A stretch of DNA of 64,000 nt from positions 124,001-188,000 of the forward strand of contig JAUCBJ010009143.1 of NCBI GenBank assembly GCA_032718475.1, written 5' to 3'. Position numbers and translations under genes: made by a program. Source of the DNA: Nemertoderma westbladi. Taxonomy: Eukaryota; Animalia; Xenacoelomorpha. This document shows, piece by piece, positions 53,501 through 64,000 of the stretch. The notes below the pieces were generated by a model. That model was not told where the DNA came from. It saw only the letters and a program-made list of their open reading frames with translations, and did not search any database. Position 1 is the stretch's first letter; each line of letters begins with the position of its first letter.

Positions 53501-56500
53501 ACCAGATCTCCCTATTAATCTACCTTCTACTTCCGCACACTCGAAGCCTCACCACCTGGCCAGCAGCACTCCAGATTAATTTATCTTCTACTTCAACTGG
53601 GCCACCAGATCTCCCTATTAATCTACCTTCTACTTCCGCACATTCGAAGCCTCACCACCTGGCCAGCAGCACTCCAGATTAATTTATCTTCTACTTCAAC
53701 TGGGCCACCAGATCTCCCTATTAATCTACCTTCTACTTCCGCACACTCGAAGCCTCATCAACTGGGCCAGCAGCACTCCAGATTAATTTATCTTCTACTT
53801 CAACTGGGCCACCAGATCTCCCTATTAATCTACCTTCTACTTCCGCACACTCGAAGCCTCACCACCTGGCCAGCAGCACTCCAGATTAATTTATCTTCTA
53901 CTTCAACTGGGTCAGCAGCTCTCCAGATTAATTTATCTTCTACTTCAACTGGGCCACCAGATCTCCCTATTAATTTACCTTCTACTTCCGCACACTCGAA
54001 GCCTCATCAACTGGGCCAGCAGCACTCCAGATTAATTTATCTTCTACTTCAACTGGGCCACCAGATCTCCCTATTAATCTACCTTCTACTTCCGCACATT
54101 CGAAGCCTCACCACCTGGCCAGCAGCACTCCAGATTAATTTATCTTCTACTTCAACTGGGCCACCAGATCTCCCGATTAATCCAACCTCTACTTTCGCAC
54201 ACTCGAAGCCTCACCACCTGGCCAGCAGCACTCCAGATTAATTTCTCTTCTACTTCAACTGGGCCACCAGATCTCCCTATTAACCCAACTTCTACTTCCG
54301 CACACTCGAAGCCTCACCACCTGGCCAGCAGCACTCCAGATTAATTTATCTTCTACTTCAACTGGGCCACCAGATCTCCCTATTAATCTACCTTCTACTT
54401 CGGCACACTCGAAGCCTCATAAACTGGGCCAGCAGCACTCCAGATTAATTTATCTTCTACTTCAACTGGGCCACCAGATCTCCCTATTAATCTACCTTCT
54501 ATTTCCGCACATTCGAAGCCTCACCAACTGGCCAGCAGCACTCCAGATTAATTTATCTTCTACTTCAACTGGGCCACCAGATCTCCCTATAAATCTACCT
54601 TCTACTTCGGCACACTCGAAGCCTCATCAACTGGGCCAGCAGCACTCCAGATTAATTTATCTTCTACTTCAACTGGGCCACCAGATCTTCCTATTAATCT
54701 AAGTTCTACTTCCGCACACTCGAAGCCTCATCAACTGGGCCAGCAGCTCTCCCGATTATTCAACCTTCTACTTCCGCACACTCGAAGCCTCATCAACTGG
54801 CCAGCAGCACTCCAGATTAATTTATCTTCTACTTCAACTGGACCACCAGATCTCCCTATTAATTCAACTTCTACTTCCGCACACTCGAAGCCTCATCAAC
54901 TGGGCCAGCAGCACTCCAGATTAATTTATCTTCTACTTCAACTGGGCCACCAGATCTCCCTATTAATCTACCTTCTACTTCCGCACACTCGAAGCCTTAC
55001 CACCTGGCCAGCAGCACTCCAGATTAATTTATCTTCTACTTCAACTGGGCCACCAGATCTCCCTATTAATCTACCTTCTACTTCCGCACACTCCAAGCCT
55101 CACCACCTGGCCAGCAGCACTCCAGATTAATTTATCTTCTACTTCAACTGGGCCACCAGATCTCCCGATTAATCCAACTTCTACTTCCGCACACTCGAAG
55201 CCTCACCACCTGGCCAGCAGTACTCCAGATTAATTTATCTTCTACTTCAACTGGGCCACCAGATCTCCCGATTAATCCAACTTCTACTTCCGCACACTCG
55301 AAGCCTCACCACCTGGCCAGCAGCACTCCAGATTAATTTATCTTCTACTTCAACTGGGCCACCAGATCTCCCTATTAATCTACCTTCTACTTCCGCACAC
55401 TCCAAGCCTCACCACCTGGCCAGCAGCACTCCAGATTAATTTAACTTCTACTTCAACTGGGCCACCAGATCTCCCGATTAATCCAAATTCTACTTCCGCA
55501 CACTCGAAGCCTCACCACCTGGCCAGCAGCACTCCAGATTAATTTATCTTCTACTTCAACTGGGCCATCAGATCTCCCTATTAATCTACCTTCTACTTCC
55601 GCACACTCGAAGCCTCACCACCTGGCCAGCAGCAATCCAGATTAATTTATCTTCTACTTCAACTGGGCCACCAGATCTCCCGATTAATCCAACTTCTACT
55701 TCCGCACACTCGAAGCCTCATCAACTGGGCCAGCAGCACTCCAGATTAATTTATCTTCTACTTCAACTGGGCCACCAGATCTCCCGATTAATCAAACTTC
55801 TACTTCCGCACACTCGAAGCCTCACCACCTGGCCAGCAGCACTCCAGATTAATTTATCTTCTACTTCAACTGGGCCACCAGATCTCCCGATTAATCCAAC
55901 TTCTACTTCCGCACACTCGAAGCCTCATCAACTGGGCCAGCAGCACTCCAGATTAATTTATCTTCTACTTCAACTGGGCCACCAGATCTCCCTATTAATC
56001 CAACTTCTACTTCCGCACACTCGAAGCCTCATCAACTGGGCCAGCAGCACTCCAGATTAATTTATCTTCTACTTCAACTGGGCCACCAGATGTCCCGATT
56101 AATCCAACTTCTACTTCCGCACACTCGAAGCCTCACCATCTGGCCAGCAGCACTCCAGATTAATTTATCTTCTACTTCAACTGGGCCACCAGATCTCCCT
56201 ATTAATCTACCTTCTACTTCCGCACACTCGAAGCCTCACCACCTGGCCAGCAGCACTCCAGATTAATTTATCTTCTACTTCAACTGGGCTACCAGATCTC
56301 CCTATTAATCTACCTTCTACTTCCGCACACTCGAAGCCTCATCAACTGGGTCAGCAGCTCTCCAGATTAATTTATCTTCTACTTCAACTGGGCCACCAGA
56401 TCTCCCTATTAATCTACCTTCTACTTCCGCACACTCGAAGCCTCATCAACTGGGTCAGCAGCTCTCCAGATTAATTTATCTTCTACTTCAACTGGGCCAC

Positions 56501-56556
56501 CAGATCTCCCTATTAATCTACCTTCTACTTCCGCACACTCGAAGCCTCACCACCTG

Positions 56557-56656
56557 NNNNNNNNNNNNNNNNNNNNNNNNNNNNNNNNNNNNNNNNNNNN
56601 NNNNNNNNNNNNNNNNNNNNNNNNNNNNNNNNNNNNNNNNNNNNNNNNNNNNNNNN
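56557..56656. other. Assembly gap (100 N)
   Basis: Run of exactly 100 N. Confidence 0.98.
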
Positions 56657-56949
56657 ACTGGGCCACCAGCTCTCCCTATTAATCTACCTTCTACTTCCGC
56701 ACACTCGAAGCCTCACCACCTGGCCAGCAGCACTCCAGATTAATTTATCTTCTACTTCAACTGGGCCACCAGATCTCCCGATTAATCCAACTTCTACTTC
56801 CGCACACTCGAAGCCTCACCACCTGGACAGCAGCACTCCAGATTAATTTATCTTCTACTTCAACTGGGCCACCAGATCTCCCTATTAATCCAACTTCTAC
56901 TTCGGCACACTCGAAGCCTCACCACCTGGCCAGCAGCACTCCAGATTAA

Positions 56950-59900
56950 TTTATCTTCTACTTCAACTGGGCCACCAGATCTCCCTATTAATCTACCTTC
57001 TACTTCCGCACACTCGAAGCCTCACCACCTGGCTAGCAGCACTCCAGATTAATATATCTTCTACTTCAACTGGGCCACCAGATCTCCCTATTAATCCAAC
57101 TTCTACTTCGGCACACTCGAAGCCTCACCACCTGGCCAGCAGCACTCCAGATTAATTTATCTTCTACTTCAACTGGGCCACCAGATCTCCCTATTAATCT
57201 ACCTTCTACTTCCGCACACTCGAAGCCTCACCACCTGGCCAGCATCACTCCAGATTAATTTATCTTCTACTTCAACTGGGCCACAATATCTCCCTATTAA
57301 TCTACCTTCTACTTCCGCACACTCGAAGCCTCACCACCTGGCCAGCAGCACTCCAGATTAATTTATCTTCTACTTCAACTGGGCCACCAGCTCTCCCTAT
57401 TAATCTACCTTCTACTTCCGCACACTCAAAGCCTCACCACCTGGCCAGCAGCACTTCAGATTAATTTATCTTCTACTTCAACTGGGCCACCAGATCTCCC
57501 TATTAATCTACCTTCTACTTCCGCACCCTCGAAGCCTCACCACCTGGCCAGCAGCACTCCAGATTAATTTATCTTCTACTTCAACTGGGCCACCAGATCT
57601 CCCTATTATTCTACCTTCTACTTCCGCACACTCGAAGCCTCACCACCTGGCCAGCAGCACTCCAGATTAATTTATCTTCTACTTCAACTGGGCCACCAGA
57701 TCTACCTATTAATCTACCTTCTACTTCCGCACACTCGAAGCCTCACCACCTGGCCAGCAGCACTCCAGATTAATTTATCTTCTACTTCAACTGGGCCACA
57801 ATATCTCAATATTATTCTACCTTCTACTTCCGCACACTCGAAGCCTCACCACCCGGCCAGCGGCACTCCAGATTAATTTATATTTTACTTCAACTGGGCC
57901 ACCAGATCTCCCTATTAATCTACCTTCTACTTCCGCACACTCGAGGCCTTACCACCTGGCCAGCAGCACTCCAGATTAATTTATATTTTACTTCTACTGG
58001 GCCACCAGATCTCCCTATTAATCTATCTTCTACTTCCGCACACTCGAAGCCTCACCACCTGGCTAGCAGCACTCCAGATTAATATATCTTCTACTTCAAC
58101 TGGGCCACCAGATCTCCCTATTAATCCAACTTCTACTTCGGCACACTCGAAGCCTCACCACCTGGCCAGCAGCACTCCAGATTAATTTATCTTCTACTTC
58201 AACTGGGCCACCAGATCTCCCGATTAATCCAACTTCTACTTCCGCACACTCGAAGCCTCACCACCTGGCCAGCAGCACTCCAGATTAATTTATCTTCTAC
58301 TTCAACTGGGCCACCAGATCTCCCTATTAATCCAACTTCTACTTCCGCACACTCGAAGCCTCACCACCTGGCCAGCAGCACTCCAGATTAATTTATCTTC
58401 TACTTCAACTGGGCCACCAGATCTCCCTATTAATCTACCTTCTACTTCCGCACACTCGAAGCCTCACCACCTGGCCAGCAGCACTCCAGATTAATTTATC
58501 TTCTACTTCAACTGGGCCACCAGATCTCCCTATTAATCTACCTTCTACTTCCGCACACTCGAAGCCTCACCACCTGGCCAGCAGCACTCCAGATTAATTT
58601 ATCTTCTACTTCAACTGGGCCACCAGATCTCCCTATTAATCTACCTTCTACTTCCGCACACTCGAAGCCTCACCACCTGGCCAGCAGCACTCCAGATTAA
58701 TTTATCTTCTACTTCAACTGGGCCACCAGATCTACCTATTAATCTACCTTCTACTTCCGCACACTCGAAGCCTCACCACCTGGCCAGCAGCACTCCAGAT
58801 TAATTTATCTTCTACTTCAACTGGGCCACAATATCTCAATATTATTCTACCTTCTACTTCCGCACACTCGAAGCCTCACCACCCGGCCAGCGGCACTCCA
58901 GATTAATTTATATTTTACTTCAACTGGGCCACCAGATCTCCCTATTAATCTACCTTCTACTTCCGCACACTCGAGGCCTTACCACCTGGCCAGCAGCACT
59001 CCAGATTAATTTATATTTTACTTCTACTGGGCCACCAGATCTCCCTATTAATCTATCTTCTACTTCCGCACACTCGAAGCCTCACCACCTGGCCAGCAGC
59101 ACTCCAGATTAATTTATCTTCTACTTCAACTGGGCCACCAGATCTCCCTATTAATCAACCTTCTACTTCCGCACACTCGAAGCCTCACCACCTGGCCAGC
59201 AGCACTCCAGATTAATTTATCTTCTACTTCAACTGGGCCACAATATCTCCCTATTAATCTACCTTCTACTTCCGCACACTCGAGGCCTTACCACCTGGCC
59301 AGCAGCACTCCAGATTAATTTATATTTTACTTCTACTGGGCCACCAGATCTCCCTATTAATCTATCTTCTACTTCCGCACACTCGAAGCCTCACCACCTG
59401 GCCAGCAGCACTCCAGATTAATTTATCTTCTACTTCAACTGGGCCACAATATTTCCCTATTAATCTACCTTCTACTTCCGCACACTCGAAGCCTCACCAT
59501 CTGGCCAGCAGCACTCCAGATTAATTTATCTTCTACTTCAACTGGGCCACCAGATCTCCCTATTAATCTACCTTCTACTTCCGCACACTCGAAGCCTCAC
59601 CACCTGGCCAGCAGCACTCCAGATTAATTTATCTTCTACTTCAACTGGGCTACCAGATCTCCCTATTAATCTACCTTCTACTTCCGCACACTCGAAGCCT
59701 CATCAACTGGGTCAGCAGCTCTCCAGATTAATTTATCTTCTACTTCAACTGGGCCACCAGATCTCCCTATTAATCTACCTTCTACTTCCGCACACTCGAA
59801 GCCTCACCACCTGGCCAGCAGCACTCCAGATTAATTTATCTTCTACTTCAACTGGGCCACCAGATCTCCCTATTAATCTACCTTCTACTTCCGCACACTC

Positions 59901-62660
59901 GAAGCCTCACCACCTGGCCAGCAGCACTCCAGATTAATTTATCTTCTACTTCAACTGGGCCACCAGATCTCCCGATTAATCCAACTTCTACTTCCGCACA
60001 CTCGAAGCCTCACCACCTGGCCAGCAGCACTCCAGATTAATTTATCTTCTACTTCAACTGGGCCACCAGATCTCCCTATTAATCCAACTTCTACTTCCGC
60101 ACACTCGAAGCCTCACCACCTGGCCAGCAGCACTCCAGATTAATTTATCTTCTACTTCAACTGGGCCACCAGATCTCCCTATTAATCTACCTTCTACTTC
60201 CGCACACTCGAAGCCTCACCACCTGGCTAGCAGCACTCCAGATTAATATATCTTCTACTTCAACTGGGCCACCAGATCTCCCTATTAATCCAACTTCTAC
60301 TTCGGCACACTCGAAGCCTCACCACCTGGCCAGCAGCACTCCAGATTAATTTATCTTCTACTTCAACTGGGCCACCAGATCTCCCTATTAATCTACCTTC
60401 TACTTCCGCACACTCGAAGCCTCACCACCTGGCCAGCATCACTCCAGATTAATTTATCTTCTACTTCAACTGGGCCACAATATCTCCCTATTAATCTACC
60501 TTCTACTTCCGCACACTCGAAGCCTCACCACCTGGCCAGCAGCACTCCAGATTAATTTATCTTCTACTTCAACTGGGCCACCAGCTCTCCCTATTAATCT
60601 ACCTTCTACTTCCGCACACTCAAAGCCTCACCACCTGGCCAGCAGCACTTCAGATTAATTTATCTTCTACTTCAACTGGGCCACCAGATCTCCCTATTAA
60701 TCTACCTTCTACTTCCGCACCCTCGAAGCCTCACCACCTGGCCAGCAGCACTCCAGATTAATTTATCTTCTACTTCAACTGGGCCACCAGATCTCCCTAT
60801 TATTCTACCTTCTACTTCCGCACACTCGAAGCCTCACCACCTGGCCAGCAGCACTCCAGATTAATTTATCTTCTACTTCAACTGGGCCACCAGATCTACC
60901 TATTAATCTACCTTCTACTTCCGCACACTCGAAGCCTCACCACCTGGCCAGCAGCACTCCAGATTAATTTATCTTCTACTTCAACTGGGCCACAATATCT
61001 CAATATTATTCTACCTTCTACTTCCGCACACTCGAAGCCTCACCACCCGGCCAGCGGCACTCCAGATTAATTTATATTTTACTTCAACTGGGCCACCAGA
61101 TCTCCCTATTAATCTACCTTCTACTTCCGCACACTCGAGGCCTTACCACCTGGCCAGCAGCACTCCAGATTAATTTATATTTTACTTCTACTGGGCCACC
61201 AGATCTCCCTATTAATCTATCTTCTACTTCCGCACACTCGAAGCCTCACCACCTGGCTAGCAGCACTCCAGATTAATATATCTTCTACTTCAACTGGGCC
61301 ACCAGATCTCCCTATTAATCCAACTTCTACTTCGGCACACTCGAAGCCTCACCACCTGGCCAGCAGCACTCCAGATTAATTTATCTTCTACTTCAACTGG
61401 GCCACCAGATCTCCCTATTAATCTACCTTCTACTTCCGCACACTCGAAGCCTCACCACCTGGCCAGCATCACTCCAGATTAATTTATCTTCTACTTCAAC
61501 TGGGCCACAATATCTCCCTATTAATCTACCTTCTACTTCCGCACACTCGAAGCCTCACCACCTGGCCAGCAGCACTCCAGATTAATTTATCTTCTACTTC
61601 AACTGGGCCACCAGCTCTCCCTATTAATCTACCTTCTACTTCCGCACACTCAAAGCCTCACCACCTGGCCAGCAGCACTTCAGATTAATTTATCTTCTAC
61701 TTCAACTGGGCCACCAGATCTCCCTATTAATCTACCTTCTACTTCCGCACCCTCGAAGCCTCACCACCTGGCCAGCAGCACTCCAGATTAATTTATCTTC
61801 TACTTCAACTGGGCCACCAGATCTCCCTATTATTCTACCTTCTACTTCCGCACACTCGAAGCCTCACCACCTGGCCAGCAGCACTCCAGATTAATTTATC
61901 TTCTACTTCAACTGGGCCACCAGATCTACCTATTAATCTACCTTCTACTTCCGCACACTCGAAGCCTCACCACCTGGCCAGCAGCACTCCAGATTAATTT
62001 ATCTTCTACTTCAACTGGGCCACAATATCTCAATATTATTCTACCTTCTACTTCCGCACACTCGAAGCCTCACCACCCGGCCAGCGGCACTCCAGATTAA
62101 TTTATATTTTACTTCAACTGGGCCACCAGATCTCCCTATTAATCTACCTTCTACTTCCGCACACTCGAGGCCTTACCACCTGGCCAGCAGCACTCCAGAT
62201 TAATTTATATTTTACTTCTACTGGGCCACCAGATCTCCCTATTAATCTATCTTCTACTTCCGCACACTCGAAGCCTCACCACCTGGCCAGCAGCACTCCA
62301 GATTAATTTATCTTCTACTTCAACTGGGCCACCAGATCTCCCTATTAATCAACCTTCTACTTCCGCACACTCGAAGCCTCACCACCTGGCCAGCAGCACT
62401 CCAGATTAATTTATCTTCTACTTCAACTGGGCCACAATATCTCCCTATTAATCTACCTTCTACTTCCGCACACTCGAGGCCTTACCACCTGGCCAGCAGC
62501 ACTCCAGATTAATTTATATTTTACTTCTACTGGGCCACCAGATCTCCCTATTAATCTATCTTCTACTTCCGCACACTCGAAGCCTCACCACCTGGCCAGC
62601 AGCACTCCAGATTAATTTATCTTCTACTTCAACTGGGCCACAATATTTCCCTATTAATCT
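56950..62660. repeat. 1030-bp higher-order repeat (10 x 103 bp), two pairs spaced 3194 bp
   Basis: GGCTAG...AATATATC at 57031, 58061, 60225 and 61255. ATATCTCAAT at 57801, 58831, 60995 and 62025. Confidence 0.9.
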
Positions 62661-64000
62661 ACCTTCTACTTCCGCACACTCGAAGCCTCACCACCTGGCC
62701 AGCAGCACTCTAAATTAATTTATCTTCTACTTCAACTGGGCCACCAGATCTCCCTATTAATCTACCTTCTACTTCCGCACACTCGAAGCCTCACCACCTG
62801 GCCAGCAGCACTCCAGATTAATTTATCTTCTACTTCAACTGGGCCACCAGATCTCCCGATTAATCCAACTTCTACTTCCGCACCCTCGCAGCCTCACCAC
62901 CTGGCCAGCAGCACTCCAGATGAATTTATCTTCTACTTCAACTGGGCCACCAGATCTCCCTATTAATCTACCTTCTACTTCCGCACCCTCGAAGCCTCAC
63001 CACCTGGCCAGCAGCACTCCAGATTAATTTATCTTCTACTTCAACTGGGCCACCAGATCTACCGATTAATCCAACTTCTACTTCCTCACTCTCGAAGCCT
63101 CACCACATGGCCAGGAGCACTCCAGATTAATTTATCTTCTACTTCAACTGGGCCACCAAATCTCCCTATTAATCTACCTTCTACTTCCGCACACTCGAAG
63201 CCTCACCACCCGGCCAGCAGCACTGCAGATTAATTTATCTTCTACTTCAACTGGGCCACCAGATCTCCCTATTAATCTACCTTCTACTTCCGCACACTCG
63301 AGGCCTTACCACCTGGCCAGCAGCACTCCAGATTAATTTATATTTTACTTCTACTGGGCCACCAGATCTCCCTATTAATCTACCTTCTACTTCCGCACAC
63401 TCCAAGCCTCACCACCTGGCCAGCAGCACTCCAGATTAATTTATCTTCTACTTCAACTGGGCCACCAGATCTCCCGATTAATCCAACTTCTACTTCCGCA
63501 CACTCGAAGCCTCACCACCTGGCCAGCAGTACTCCAGATTAATTTATCTTCTACTTCAACTGGGCCACCAGATCTCCCGATTAATCCAACTTCTACTTCC
63601 GCACACTCGAAGCCTCACCACCTGGCCAGCAGCACTCCAGATTAATTTAACTTCTACTTCAACTGGGCCACCAGATCTCCCGATTAATCCAAATTCTACT
63701 TCCGCACACTCGAAGCCTCACCACCTGGCCAGCAGCACTCCAGATTAATTTATCTTCTACTTCAACTGGGCCATCAGATCTCTCTATTAATCTACCTTCT
63801 ACTTCCGCACACTCGAAGCCTCACCACCTGGCCAGCAGCAATCCAGATTAATTTATCTTCTACTTCAACTGGGCCACCAGATCTCCCGATTAATCCAACT
63901 TCTACTTCCGCACACTCGAAGCCTCATCAACTGGGCCAGCAGCACTCCAGATTAATTTATCTTCTACTTCAACTGGGCCACCAGATCTCCCGATTAATCA

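Larger units (their letters stand above)
1..64000. repeat. Satellite DNA tandem array (62/63-bp monomer family plus derived 103/104-bp dimer), extends beyond both window ends
   Basis: Every non-N stretch matches the monomer ACTCGAAGCCTCAGCAACTGGGCCAGCAGCTCTCCCGATTAATCCACCTTCTACTTCCGCAC or its deletion derivative. All copies are in the same orientation, with no inversions or unique inserts seen. Confidence 0.99.
50545..64000. repeat. Domain B: 103/104-bp dimeric satellite derived from the 62-bp monomer
   Basis: Unit ACTCGAAGCCTCACCACCTGGCCAGCAGCACTCCAGATTAATTTATCTTCTACTTCAACTGGGCCACCAGATCTCCCTATTAATCTACCTTCTACTTCCGCAC. ACTCG at 58351 and 58454 gives 103 bp. The unit is 104 bp when TCATCAACTGGG replaces TCACCACCTGG. 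Confidence 0.97.

Noticed and set aside
1-64000. CRISPR array (period of about 62 bp resembles repeat plus spacer)
   Set aside because: There are no unique spacers, the entire unit is conserved, and no cas genes or leader are present.
1-64000. Intact giant mucin exon with AA/AAA sequencing errors
   Set aside because: 62-bp units are the majority. The AA/AAA state is reproduced between HOR copies and correlates with the GCTC variant. Domain B units of 103/104 bp and TCG TAA variants break the frame.
1-64000. tRNA/SINE-derived repeat via a Pol III B-box (minus strand GGCTTCGAGTG)
   Set aside because: It is only a partial match to GGTTCGANNCC, and I found no convincing A-box, cloverleaf or poly-T terminator.
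1-64000. G-quadruplex/i-motif or telomeric repeat suggested by the C/G skew
   Set aside because: There are too few runs of three or more G per strand in each monomer, and no telomeric motif.
1-64000. Functional hairpins from palindromes TCGA, GGCC, AGCT, GATTAATC and AGATCT
   Set aside because: They are only 4-8 bp, with no extended dyad symmetry evident. They are useful only as restriction markers (TaqI, HaeIII, AluI, AseI, BglII).
1-64000. Assignment to a named satellite family, a centromere or an organism
   Set aside because: I do not recognise the monomer. A Dfam/Repbase/BLAST search and chromatin data would be needed.

Overview
The whole 64-kb window is one head-to-tail satellite DNA array in a single orientation, interrupted only by two 100-N scaffold gaps. 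I see no unique sequence and no credible gene, RNA gene, mobile element or CRISPR array. The basic monomer is 62 bp (ACTCGAAGCCTCAGCAACTGGGCCAGCAGCTCTCCCGATTAATCCACCTTCTACTTCCGCAC; 56% GC, 25 C vs 10 G), with a frequent 63-bp variant (GAAAGCC) and a rarer 61-bp variant (TCACCACCTGG). From about 48 kb the array is taken over by a derived 103/104-bp dimer. This dimer carries a 20-bp deletion relative to two 62-mers and a BglII site. Diagnostic SNPs reveal nested higher-order repeats and block duplications (311, ~870, 1030, 1739, ~2075, 3194, 6124, 7242, 7853 bp). Three observations stand out. (1) The 63-bp unit reads as a stop-free 21-codon Pro/Thr/Ser/Ala-rich, mucin-like peptide, and the dimer deletion keeps that frame. 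(2) The stepwise birth of the 103-bp family can be traced inside the older domain. (3) Some segments look smoothed by assembly consensus. The supplied ORFs are by-products of the repeat. The organism and repeat family cannot be identified from this sequence. A eukaryotic scaffold is inferred.
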